A stretch of 64,000 bases of DNA from NCBI RefSeq assembly GCF_001194135.2, contig NC_068984.1, forward strand, positions 25,007,852 to 25,071,851, read 5' to 3'. The stretch's first letter is position 1; every line of letters begins with the position of its first letter. The position numbers were made by a program, and so were the translations under genes. Shown here one piece after another: positions 27,061 through 39,500 of the stretch. Below the pieces are notes generated by a model. The model was not told the origin of the DNA. It was given only the letters and a program-made list of their open reading frames with translations, and did no database searches. Source of the stretch: Octopus bimaculoides. Taxonomy: Eukaryota.

Positions 27061-28799
27061 CAACACAAAAATTAGATAAATTCAAATGGATAAACATAAG
27101 TGCAAGAATGGCTGTGTGATTAAGAAGCTCACTTTCCAATGGTTCAGTCCCACTGCATGGCATGTCAGGTACATGTCTTCTGTTATAAACTCAGGTCGAT
27201 CAGTGCCTTGCAAGTAGATTTTAGTAAACAAAAACTGAAAGAAGCCTGTCATGTGTATGTGTGTAGGTTTTTTGTTGTCTTGATATTGTGTGATATTTGT
27301 AAATGACTGTCACTATTATACAAATAGTGCCATTCATTTCCAATCTTCAGCCAAAAAGCAATGTCTAGCCATAGAGTTGGCATTAGGATGGGCAACTGGC
27401 TGTAAGAAATCTGCCTCAATCAACTTTAAGTCAGAAGAGTGGGCATCAAAATGATGTTATACAATAGTGAGTACTTCTAATACATCAATGAAAAAAATGA
27501 TGCACTTTAGAGCTGAACTTGGCAAATCAATGATTCATTTGCTAGATATACCACAAGTGTACATTCATACTTGTAGACATGTATTTGCAAATCTTTAATT
27601 TTAATGTACACATATGCACATACACCTAGCAATTATGCAATTGACTAGCTAAGTTCAACTTTAAACTGTATAAGTTTTCCATTGATAAACTAAAAGTACA
27701 TGTTTATATATAATTTAAATAAACTGGAATGAAAGACACATTTAATCAGGAAATACATAATCTTTGGGCATTGACCTATTTCCTCTGATCATACAATTGG
27801 CTCCAACATTTATAGCCTTGTGCCTATGTTAGAAACAATTATTCACTGGTCTAAAGTGGTATACCAGTGTCTGTTATGACGGTGGTAGGATGGGGGTAGG
27901 ACACAGCCACAGCTGTGCCCAATGCAAGACACAGTGTTAACCGAATGTAATATTTGAATTCAATAATAGTAAATCATCTTGACAGCATAAATGCTGACTT
28001 GTGGAATTGGAAATAATAGACATAATCAATGCTTTATAGTACTTTCAATGTTCCGTTAGCATAAAACCTTAAATAAGATTTATTACTCAAAGCCAAATTA
28101 ATTTCCAGGCTCTCTCCAATCTCTTCTCATTGAAGGAACATCAAAACGACAACCCAATCCCCAACACACAAAGAACTTTTTCCTTTACTTAATTTGAGCG
28201 TAATTACGTAAACTGACACAATATTTTCAAAAAGGAAAAAAAAACAATTTTGAAATTAACAATTAACAGACGACAGTAGCAGCTCAGAAGTGATGAAGCA
28301 TCACACTAAATACCTCTAATTAGTTTCTTGAATTATGATTACTATTTTATTAAATAAAGTGAAATCTGTGCTTCTCTAAAATCTAATAAGCTTGTAATTA
28401 CCAAAAATGTCAAAGCATTATGAATAAATGCTAGTTATTGGTTTCTCTTCAAAGCACAAGTTTCTCTAGTTAACAGTTTGATTCTCTCTACATTCATTGT
28501 TTTAAATTAATTCATATTCAATAAACTCCAGATGAATGAAAAGTGAATTTGACTCTAGAAGGATTTGAACTTAGAACTTGGCATCAAGACCAACTTGAAG
28601 CACGATGCATCCCTGCAGCTCACCAGATTCTGTCAAACAATGCAGCCCATGCCAACATGGAAAATGGATGTTAAATGATTATGATGATGAAGGTAAAGTG
28701 ATATGATTAGACAGCATAAAATATTTTGGTCTGTACTATTCAATTTATCAGTCTAAAACCCTTAGTTTGTTAAATTATGTACATAGTTCACATCTTTTG

Positions 28800-29020
28800 T
28801 GCTAATGTCAGAAATTAATGTTTACTCTTAGATTGAAAATATTGTCTTCATTTTGGTGAAAAAAAAAAACAGGAAAAGTATTGTCAAAGACCTTTACAGG
28901 TATATGCACACACGCACAGACGCTTTCAGTAAAGAAACTAAGCTTTATATTAGCTTCTCCAGAAGGGATGACAGGCAAAATAACAGTAATCACGAAGTTT
29001 TATAACCATTGTTTAAAGAA
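28800..29020 (-). pseudogene. FANCA: FANCA remnant exon
   Basis: VIKLRDYCYFACHPFWRS*YKA*F (VIKL...HP at 29006-28965) vs human [24 protein letters not shown]. This is one of the strongest motifs. Confidence 0.75.
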
Positions 29021-29980
29021 CAGTCATTTACTTAACATATATAGGTATATATTTAAAAAGAGGAGTTGTTTATGCAAAAGTTAGCCCTGATTGATCAGGC
29101 TTATGATTAAAATCATTCAAGCTGTGGTCATCCTATCATTTCTTTTTTTTAAGAGTCTAAATCTAAGACTAACTACATTATTCCGTTTTACCTGTGTATT
29201 TTATATACTACCATTTTCACAGCACATGATGTGAGGAAAATTCAGCTGTTGAGTGACCCACATACAGGTTTCTTTGTTGGCTCGTATAAAGAAAAAAAAT
29301 AAGAGTTAAATACATGAAGCTGTGTTGCTATAATAACCCCTTATATCAGCTGAGATTATAGGGGGAAAAAAAAGAATGAAACATGATTGTACCCTATTTT
29401 AATAATGGGCTTTGAAAATATTCTATCCAGAACGTCAATATTTATGAAACTATTGGTAATTCATTGCAGTCGCATTTAACACTTATGGAATGTTATTGTT
29501 ATTCTAAAATTTTTCAATATTCTTAATTCCTTTTGGTATTTCTTTCACAGTTATAATGTAGGCTAATGATATTGTAAATACAGCTTGATAATGGCCAAAC
29601 TCTACCCCACTATCTTCAATAATAGAGTTTAGCTGTTAGCCAAATACAGACATATACATATTCTATGTATATGACTTCTACATAGAGTATAAGTCTATAT
29701 TTCAGAAAATCCATGCAAGGATTTGAATCCACAACAAATAACCCAAAAGAAAACAAATGAAACAAACCAACAATAGAACCATTACGTGGCCAATACTCCA
29801 ACTGCTAGAAATAGTAGCCAAATCTCTCTTAACTCACACTACTGTCTTGAAAAGGATGTACACATTGGATAAATACATCTAACAGTAAAAAAAAAAAAAA
29901 AAAAAAAAACAAATGGTCATAGCTAAAATACCTGAAGCTAAACAACAATGAAAAAAGTACATTTTATTGTTTGCAATTAC

Positions 29981-30117
29981 ATGGAGTCAAACTTTACATT
30001 GTCTGTAACTGAGGCAGTGCAAATGCCAATATTTCAACCAGCAGGAAAGCATTTTAATGACTCAGCTATCTGCAATTCTTATACAAAATTCCACAATCTT
30101 AAATACTGTTTCTACAT
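29981..30117 (-). pseudogene. FANCA: FANCA remnant exon
   Basis: Acceptor ttttaatttttaag. DVETVFKIVEFCIRIADS*VIKMLSCWLKYW vs human DVLQRMLIFALDAL...HKIVRCWFGVF. Candidate donor CAT|GTAATT. Confidence 0.65.
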
Positions 30118-31499
30118 CTTAAAAATTAAAATTTCTGTTACATTTTATTTGCTGAGATAATTACATTTTAACCTAAGCGGAATTAATTTCATTCAAATTC
30201 CCTCATACAGAGTATCGTCATCATTATCATCGTTTAATGTCTGTTTTCCATGCTGGCATAGATTGGATGGTTCAACAAGGGTTGGTCAATGTGCCAAGCT
30301 CTAATGTCTGCTTTGTTATATTTTCTATAACTGGAAGCCCTCCCTAATGCCAAACACTTTACATAGCTTACTGGGTGCTTTTTACATGCCACTGGCACTA
30401 GTGTATGGTGTATACAATATGATATAATGGCATAAGCTTGGTGCATAAAAGGGAATTGAGAAAGTGACCAGATATCAAAAGCATTGACAGAAATTTGCAG
30501 GGAAGTTGAGACTGATGGTTATATATTGCAAGGAATAATGATGCATATTTGGTGAGGAAAAAATAGATGAGAGATTAATAAAAATTAGACTAGACATGAG
30601 GGGACTTAGAATCAAAACTTATTTATTAAGCATGAGTATGGCTGTGTGGTTAAGCTCACTCTGCAACTAGCTGGTTTTGGGTTCAGTACCAGTGCACAGC
30701 ACACTGGGCAAGTATCTTCTACTATAGTCTATCAGCCAACAAATACCTTGTGAGTGAATTTGGTAGACAGAAGCTTGTCATGTGTGTGTATGTGTGTTCC
30801 ACCACCACTTGACAGCCAATGTTGGTTTGTTTAAGTCCCTGTAGCTAAGCAGTTTGGCAAAAGGGGCTGATAGAATAAGTACCAGACATTGAAAATATAA
30901 GCCCTAGAGTTCACTTGTTCAACCAATCCCCTCAAGATGGTACCCCAGCATGGCCATATTCCAATGACTCGAACACATAAAAAATTAAAATGCTGTACAG
31001 TAGACATAGTCAATCCATGCCAAAATTTAAAAAATAAAATGAAAATTTGGGTAGTACCTGAGCCAAGATATGTTAATGAATGGAAAGCAATTATTTAGTT
31101 TATTATCATATTTTTAATCATATATCCATACAGAATATAAAAATCAAAAGGTTCAGAATTGAGCTACTAATATTATACAGCAACAGATTAGACCATCGTT
31201 TCCATAAAATGAAAAGTCATGGCAATTCCACCTTAACTATTCAGTATGATAAAATAGATTAATCACAGTATGTCTTGATGTTTGTTTTGTGTGGTTCAGT
31301 ATTCTAAAACAACTCGTAATCAATGTGATTAATAATTGCTATATAGACCAATATGGAAAAAATGTATAAAAATCATGTAAATATGAAATTTAGACAGTCA
31401 ATATGAATTAGAAACAGTCAATTTTCTTTGATGCTGTGTCAATCAATAAACACCAGGATACAATGTTAAAAGGAGGATCGTTTATATCAAACCCACTAA

Positions 31500-31720
31500 C
31501 CCTAACCCTAACCCAGCCTGTTATTGCAGAGACAGAGCAGTAAGATGCTTTGATCTTTATTAAGTCATTCATTGTTTCAAGCTCTGGAACTAAGCAACCA
31601 AACCAGCTGAAAGATAATTATATCAAAATCTTGTCCTTCAAAGCAGAGTCACAGACTCCTAATGGTTTTCTTAAACATAAACTGTGTCAGAAAATGTCTT
31701 CACAATACTCAAATCTCAAC
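31500..31720 (-). pseudogene. FANCA: Possible FANCA remnant exon
   Basis: FSWFGCL (31611-31591) vs human GSWLFRNL. A candidate acceptor (atctttcag) sits at 31607-31608. The match is weak and rests on position in the series. Confidence 0.4.
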
Positions 31721-32901
31721 TTTCATCATAGAATACTAGTTTGGTTTCATTTACATTTCAACTGTTTTTTTTTACATAATATAACCTGTATTTATTTACC
31801 AAATCATCTGCAGGAATGTTTCAAGGGGGTTTTCTTTGTTTTTTTTTTGTTTTTTTTTTTTTTGTAATGGAACTTATGGAAGAGGGTGATCCTAGTCAAC
31901 ATGGGATGAAGTACAGAAAGCCAATCTCAAGACAATGAGCCTTATAAAGGAGATGACAAAGGATCAAGATATTTGCCACCTTGCTCTATTCAAGAAGACC
32001 TGTCCACCACAGCAGAATTGATACCTGTGTTAGTGCCACATCAAAAACATCCAATAAACTCTGTAAAGTGGTTGGCGTTAGGAAGTGCATCCAGTCATAG
32101 AAACCATACTAGAACAGACAATGGGGCCTGGTGGGCCCCTAGCCTTACCAGCTCCTGTCAAACTATTTGACCCATATCAACATGGAAAACAGACAATAAT
32201 TAAGACTATGATTTTAGAATAATGATTCAAATTTAATATTTATTTGTACTATCTTCGAATTAATCGATTGTATTTAACAAAATAATTAACTTTTGTTGAT
32301 GTATATTTGTTGAAAATACTCTCTCCCTATCTTTTGATAAGACAACACAATAAAGTTAAAAACTAGCCCACTTTTCTGAGATTACCACCAACTTTAAACT
32401 CACTAGGGAGGAACAGACTGATATTCCCATTGTTATATTCAGGTTGTTTCTCAAAGAACTACATTTACTGAACACCAATTCTATTCACAACATGTAGATT
32501 TTGTATTTTTCAGTACTGTTAAGTAGGTTTATACCAAAGCAGTTATATAGCTTATATCACTCATTGGTCACAATTTAGTGATTTAGCTACTTATTCTTAG
32601 AAATAGCATTTGGTATATTTATATAGAAATATAAATATACCAAATGTTTCAGATCCCAAAGTAACTAGTCTGCTAGTGAAATTATTAAGGTATTCGCCAG
32701 CTAGCTCTAAGATCAATTTTCTCAAGAAAAAAAACTTTATCTTTCTTAGCCCATCAAACTGTTGCTTTCCAATCACATGGTAACAAGTTCAGTCCCACTG
32801 CATAGCACATTAGGCAAGCGTCTTCTATAACCATGGACCAACCAAAGCCTTGAAAGTGGATTCAATAGATGGAAACTCAAAGAAACCTGTTGTGTGTGTA
32901 T

Positions 32902-32982
<81 letters not shown>

Positions 32983-33451
32983 CGTGCGTGGGTGAGTAAC
33001 TATTTTCTTATCTTGAAATCGCATGAGTTATAAATGGGCGTCACTGTTATAAAGTATGCATGCACACATGTATATGACTCATACACCTCACTTTCCTGAC
33101 ATTTGTACATAATTCTATGTACTATACATGCACCTTTGATGAGTTGTAGTGCACTTGAGCACTATACACAATAATTTCAATATTATTATTATTATAAAGT
33201 GGTGTCCATTTCCAATCTTCCACAAAAACATGTCTAGCCATGGGTAAATATTACCTTACTTGGAAAACAAATAAGGGTTAGTGACAGAAAAAGAATCCAG
33301 CCATTGAAAAAAATCTTCCTCAATAAATTCCTCTCCAACCCTTGTGAGCATGGGAAATTGAACATTAAAACAATGAAACAATGATGATGAAAATTTTTAC
33401 CAGGTTGGTGTACTGAATTTCATTGTGCATAGAGACTTGTGGAAAAAGAAA

Positions 33452-33500
<49 letters not shown>

Positions 33501-33919
33501 AGGAAAGAAAAAAAAGAAGGAAAGAAAAAAAATGGAAAGTTACTGATGTACTGAGCCTCAGATCAGAGTCTTATTGTTTTGATCAGCTTGGTTCTTAGTT
33601 TTAATTATTCGATTACCAGCTGTCTACTGTAGTGTGCAGCAGTCCATGCAACATTAAACTAATCACACTTAGGTGCATATCTTATAGGGAATTACATAAA
33701 CTATAATTAGTAATAATAACAAAAACAACAACATTATTAATAGCAATAGTAATAATGATAATAATAAAACTTAATTACCTGACATTAATTAAACATGACA
33801 AGATCCTTGAACTTTTCTATTGCTCTTCAATTTCTCATTTTGTAACTTATGTCTATAAGGAAATACCAGCTATAATATAAATAGGCTGATGAGCAGCTAT
33901 TTTTTTTAATCTTTATCAT

Positions 33920-34230
33920 CCAGTAGTGATATAGTTGATAATCCCCAGAGAGTTTCACATCTTCAGAAATAATCTTCAGAGATAATCATATCCTGAGATT
34001 CAGCCCACATGGTAGATAATTTCAATAAGACAAACATTCTTACACGGTGATACAAATTCCCTGTCATGATGACATGTTAGGAAAACTAGAAGTAAATAAA
34101 GACATTTTACAGTTGTCTTCTAATGTCAGGAAATAAATATGCATGCAACGAGCTGTCAGCTGAAGTGCTTATCATTGATTGTAACATCACAGAATAAATT
34201 GCATTATTTGAAGTTACAGAAAAATCGTCA
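33920..34230 (-). pseudogene. FANCA: FANCA remnant exon
   Basis: One frame: LFPDIRRQL*NVFIYF (from 34136) and LKLSTMWAESQDMIIS (34025-33978) vs human LLTVEQRKKLSSLLEFA and LLLEAVWHLHVQGIVS. Several stops. Confidence 0.65.
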
Positions 34231-36299
34231 TTTTAAAATAGATATGATGATGGAGATGATGATATATTATACTGACAAATCTTGTGCATGTATGGCTTCA
34301 TGTTGCTCTTAGTATCTATGCAGATGTATATATTCCTAAAGAATACAGCAATTAATGAAAGGAGGAAGTTCTATGGAGTCTTTAAAATTGCCTTTTAGCT
34401 GTATCTTCCTAGCTTTTAAGACAGAAGGATGTGATTTGAGGGAGATTTCACTGTCATTCCAAGCAGACGCTCTCACTGGTTTGAAACCCACTGTGAGATT
34501 TGTACTTGCAATTAAAATGCTGTAAAATTGACTGTGTCATCATGGAATCAAACTTTAGTACATTCATTATGGAAAGGCATACAATCCTCTGTCTTTTCTA
34601 TTCTCTAATACAATAGATTGTTTCTCTACAGTACTCTTATGCTCACATATATTCAATACACCCATTTAACTCCTCACACCTCTCCTACCATATCAGCTAT
34701 CATTGATCCAGTTGTGCTCATTTTTTCTTTCTATAGGAATTCCCTTCACACATATTTCCACACCTCCTCCTAATTCAAAACAGCTCAAATTTAACACTGA
34801 CCTGCTTTTTACCACGCACTATTCCTGTGCTGAAAAATCTAAAATTAGCACAAAACTAACCTAAGGAATACAAAAAAAAAAAAACTAGCCAAGTGACAAG
34901 TACCAGTCCTTCATGGTTGAATAAGAACAGTATTCAATAGAACAAAAGGCAACTGTTGGGCCCAGATATGATTTAAGGTCCAATCCCACTTGTGAGTGAA
35001 CCTTGTGTATGATAGACTTAATCCACAACCTGGTTTGAAACTATTACCTGGACCTTCAGGTGACCTTAGCAGAGTGCACTTTGTTACAAGCATTCAAGCT
35101 AGGTTGCCAACCAATAGATTACTCTTTTGGTTATGGCATTAAAAGAAAAAAAATTCACATTTATAAGCCTATCCCATCCAAATTAAATTAACAAAAAGAC
35201 AGATGTAAAAAATTTCTGATAATAATGAATTGAAGTGTTAATTATTTAATCTAAGAAATAAAGTCTAATAAAAAAATAATAACATTTGAAAAGAACTGGG
35301 AGATAAAAATTTGTATTCTTGCCAACATCAAATTAAATCCAGTGTTGACAAATAAAAAGGCATCAAACTTGGGGAATTGTTGCACATTGTTATTAAGAAG
35401 GAGACTAAATGTAACATATTTAGTTTTGTACCTCATAGTTCTGAATTAAAATGTCAGAATCAACTTTAGAGATTAAGTACTAGTAATATACTGATATTGA
35501 CTTAATGAGATATACTATAAGCTGTGAAACCAAAACTCCTGTTCAGTAAAAATTACTTTCACTAAATGCACAACTTACAACAAATGGAGAGAATACTGTG
35601 ATTTTGGCAAGATGAAAGAATCTCAATGCAGTCACTCAGCCTGAAGGAAACAGTAGCTAAATCTGGAAGAGAATGACTCAGAAGTTCTTAGCAGAGGGCT
35701 TAGGAAGTGAAAGATAGTATGAGTGATGAGAGAAATGATTTAGGTAAAGAGCAGATGATAATAACAAAGAAAAGGTGGTGGTGGGGATTCTATAAAGCCT
35801 GATATTTCAAATTTGAAAAAAAAATATTTAAAATTATTTTAATTGCAAAGACAGGAAGGGTTATAGTATAATTCATTTCTGTTTTGTTTGGTTTGGTTGA
35901 AACAGGGCCTAGTAGTGGCCAAGATACTGCCCCTCAATATAGTGACCTGAGAACACATTTAGAAAATTTGTGGGTGGAAGTTTTAGAAAGAATGACAATC
36001 TAAAAATAGGCTTTATTTTATCTGGCAGGAGCATTTAAATAGGAGATATGCTTCACATAAAAGAGTAAAGGATTGTTACTAACGAGCAGCATGTGTGTAT
36101 GTAATTTGACTAACAATTTAAATAAACCACAACACATTTAGAATAAATTATTGCTCATTTTCTGCCCTAATTAATTAGCATTCTTTTTCCTGGTGATGAA
36201 TATTATGGTTGAGTAAAACTAGAGGAGAGAGATAATTTTTGGTAGCATTTTTGATAGCAAATTTGTTTCTTGTGTTTTTTCCTGCTAGCATACAATGAA

Positions 36300-36470
36300 T
36301 GGGCAATCACTTATAACTGGGGCATTATTTTACAGCTGGCTACCCTTCCTGTTGTTAAAACTCTTCTTTTCAAATTTTCAAATGTGCAGGGTTACTACAA
36401 TCTCTTGACAGGAAAACATAAAGAAACATCACGTTCATATCTCAGCTCAGTGTCAAATGCAAGCATTCAT
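36300..36470 (-). pseudogene. FANCA: FANCA remnant exon
   Basis: LRYERDVSLCFPVKRL** (36445-36398) vs human LQDQASRLGVPVGIL. Boundaries approximate. Confidence 0.5.
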
Positions 36471-36611
36471 ACAGACGCACACACACATCCACCTACCTCT
36501 CCACACACACACACGTGTGTGTACGCACATCAATGTATATCATTACATCATGCGTTGGGCCATATGATATGCTTGAGAAGACCTGCTGAGTCAAGTAAAA
36601 TCAATATCGTA

Positions 36612-37183
36612 GCAGTGGCCAGGTCCCTGACTGGTTCCCGTGCTGGTGGTACACAAAAAGTACCAACCGAACATGGCTGATGCCAGTACCCCCAGACTGG
36701 CTCCCATGCCGGTGGCACATAAAAAGCACCAACCGAACATGGCTGATGCCAGTACCCCCAGACTGGCTCCCATGCCGGTGGCACATAAAAAGCACCGTCT
36801 AAACATGGCCGATGCCAATACCCCCTGATTGGCCCCCATGCCAGTGGCNNNNNNNNNNACTGGCTCCCATGCCGGTGGCACATAAAAAGCACCGTCTAAA
36901 CATGGCCGATGCCAATACCCCCTGATTGGCCCCCATGCCAGTGGCATGTAAAAAGTACTATCTGAACACGATTGATGCCAGGCCCGCCTGACTGGCTCCT
37001 GTGCCAGTGGCACGTAAAAAGCACCCACTATACTCTCGGAGTGGTGGCATTAGGAAGGGCATCCAGCTATAGAAACATTGCCAGATCAGACTGGAGCCTG
37101 GTGCAGCTACTGGCTCTCCAAACCTCAGTCGAACCGTCCAACCCATGCCAGCAAGGAAAACAGACGTTAACTGATGATGATGT
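36612..37183 (+). mobile_element. RTE-tailed element with an expanded 66-bp tandem array
   Basis: Unit starts at 36697 and 36763 (period 66); about 5 units across a small gap. Confidence 0.9.
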
Positions 37184-37849
37184 GTTTTGTTCAGTTTCTG
37201 CCTTCCAAATTCATTGACAAGGTATTGATCAGTCCTGGACTTGCAGTAGAAAACATTTGCCCTAGCTTCCACACAGTGAGACTGAATTTGAAACCATATG
37301 ATTTCAAAGTGAAATTCACAACCAACCAGCCATGCCCATGTCTTCAAATGACTTAATCAAATTGTTATTTTACTGTATAAGAAATCAGGGTGAATGTAAT
37401 AGTATGAATATGAATTCTTGACATGTCAATAAGCAGCAAAATCTCTTAAAATATTACATACAAGCAAAAAGTAAAGACAAGATTGTTATATCAAAAAAAG
37501 TTAATTGAATGCTTAGTTATGACGAGCTATTTAAGAGCTGACCAGATAGCTCAACAGTAACAACAAACATACATAGAAGGGACTGAGAAAGGGGAAACAC
37601 AGACAGAGATGCAATACAGCAGATCTAATCAATCTATAACAGAAAAGAAAATGCTAAAACAATGATGATGAAAAAGATGAGTTTAGTATATTTGTAGTTT
37701 AAAATTAAAGAACTAATACTTACATGAATCTCCAAATTTATAACACAGAGAAAAGAAGGAAGGAATGATTTTTACAAGTGTTTCCCCCAATGGTGTAAGC
37801 TGAATAAATAAGCTCTATGTGATAATCAACTTACCACAATATTTGCCCG

Positions 37850-38110
37850 GTTATTGATTGCTTATATCGATACAAGGAGTATTGATTGCTAACATAGGCA
37901 CAAGGTAAGAAATATTAATTGTTAACAGAGGCACAAGGAAAAGTGTATTGATGGCTAAAATAGACATGAAAAGATGAGTATTGATGACTAAGACAGACAC
38001 AAAGAGAAGTGCACTGATGAGGTGAGAAGTATTGATTGCTGACATAGGCACAAGGTAAGGAAGGATTGATTGCTAATAGAGGCATAAGGAAAGGAATACT
38101 GATTGTCAGC
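37850..38110. repeat. Degenerate ~33-bp minisatellite (core AGTATTGATTGCTAACATAGGCACAAGG)
   Basis: About 8 units; related units at 40210-40690. Confidence 0.8.
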
Positions 38111-38263
38111 ATCAGTAAAAATGTTGTGACGTAAATAATTCATGAGGATAAAACAGTAAATGGTTTGACAAATAATATAACACATAAAATAGTTATGGAA
38201 CTCCCCTTGATATATGTCAGTGTACTGCACTTCTTCAGTGGTAGATGTCTAATGATTTCTTAC

Positions 38264-38499
38264 CAGCCTGTTCAATCATTTTTCATAATTTAACAGTTAC
38301 CAGCAAAAAAATTTTAATCAGCAGTTTACAAGATTCAAATATGACAGACGTTTTATTTCAATTTAATACTTAATACTGACCTTATAATTTCTTTTAGCAT
38401 ACTGGTATCTTCAACATCAGCCAAAGTATTGTGCTCTTAATATTTAGTACATCAATTCCAACATGACCATGACTTTTGTCACAGTAGCTGAAACCACTT
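38264..38499 (-). pseudogene. FANCA: FANCA remnant exon, N-terminus
   Basis: MLKEIIRSVLSIKLK*NVCHI*I (LKEIIRSVL at 38397-38371) vs human [23 protein letters not shown]. Donor CTG|GTAAGA with GT at 38263-38262. The start is approximate. Confidence 0.6.
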
Positions 38500-38571
38500 C
38501 TGATATAATTTCATATAAAGTGTCTTAACAACTCTCACTCACCACCCTAACAAAAAAGAAAGGCACATGTA

Positions 38572-38912
38572 TTCATCATCATCATTGTTTAACGTCCGCT
38601 TTCCATGCTAGCATGGGTTGGACGATTTGACTGAGGACTGGTGAAACCGGATGGCAACACCAGGCTCCAATCTAATTTGGCAGAGTTTCTACAGCTGGAT
38701 GCCCTTCCTAACGCCAACCACTCAGAGAGTGTAGTGGGTGCTTTTACGTGTCACCCGCACGAAAACGGCCACGTTCGAAATGGTGTCTTTTATGTGCCAC
38801 CCGTACAAGAGCCAGTCCAGGGGCACTGGCAATGATCTCGCTCGAAACCCTACCAGGCCAGTCAGGCGGTACTGGCAACGGTCACGCTCAGGATGGTACA
38901 TCTTATGTGCCA
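38572..38912 (-). mobile_element. RTE-tailed VNTR element copy
   Basis: Same family. Further degraded copies lie near 2835, 9803, 15490, 16010, 26138, 28620, 30215, 32030 and 42378. Confidence 0.9.
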
Positions 38913-39119
38913 CCCGAATAACATATTTGCCAACTGCAGTTGTTTCAACTCTAGGATCTATGGAATGCTTACTACATTCTCTCAATGAGTCTCACTTGTA
39001 TTCATTCATCCTCATTGAATTCTCAACATCGAGACCCATTGTGAAAATGATGCAGAAGTTTCAGAATAGGCTCAGCAGATTCTTTATACAACGGCATAAA
39101 ATATAATGTGTTTGAGATG

Positions 39120-39500
39120 AGATGTTTGTGGGCTATGGTTGGTGTGACATGAATGGACAGGATGAGGAATGAGGAGGGGCAAAGGTAAGCAGGAATGGGA
39201 GAAAATCTAACAACCAGAATGGATAGCTGAATGTTGAGGTGGTTTGGCCATATGGAGATGATGGATGAGGAGTGGATAGTAACAAGGGTGATGACTGCAG
39301 GAGTGATAGGCAACGGAACCAGAGGCAGACTTCGGTTTGTGTGGATGGATGGAGTGAAGAAAGTTTTGGTGGTTAGAGGTGTTGGAGTGAGAGAGGCAAG
39401 AGAGTTTATTAATGATAGGGAAGCTTGGAGAATGTTTGAGGATGGATGAGTGAATTTGATTTTGCTCAAAGGGGTAAGGAACCAGCACAGTGCATTGGGG
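39120..39500 (+). mobile_element. RTE LINE C-terminal fragment
   Basis: MLRWFGHMEMMDEEW...RGRLRFVWMDGVKK...DREAWR. Confidence 0.8.

Larger units (their letters stand above)
4488..38499 (-). pseudogene. FANCA: Intron-containing FANCA (Fanconi anemia group A) pseudogene, ~16 exon remnants
   Basis: Minus-strand translations give motifs colinear with human FANCA from about residue 30 to the C-terminus (see individual exon entries). Blocks carry in-frame stops and/or frameshifts, and many keep canonical AG/GT boundaries. By-eye alignment from memory. Confidence 0.8.

Noticed and set aside
36270-36680. 136-aa plus-strand ORF
   Set aside because: It is antisense to a FANCA remnant and runs into a microsatellite and a retroelement; no family recognised.
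36627-36990. Regular repeat array resembling CRISPR
   Set aside because: Eukaryotic DNA; the units are tandem with no unique spacers and lie inside a retroelement.
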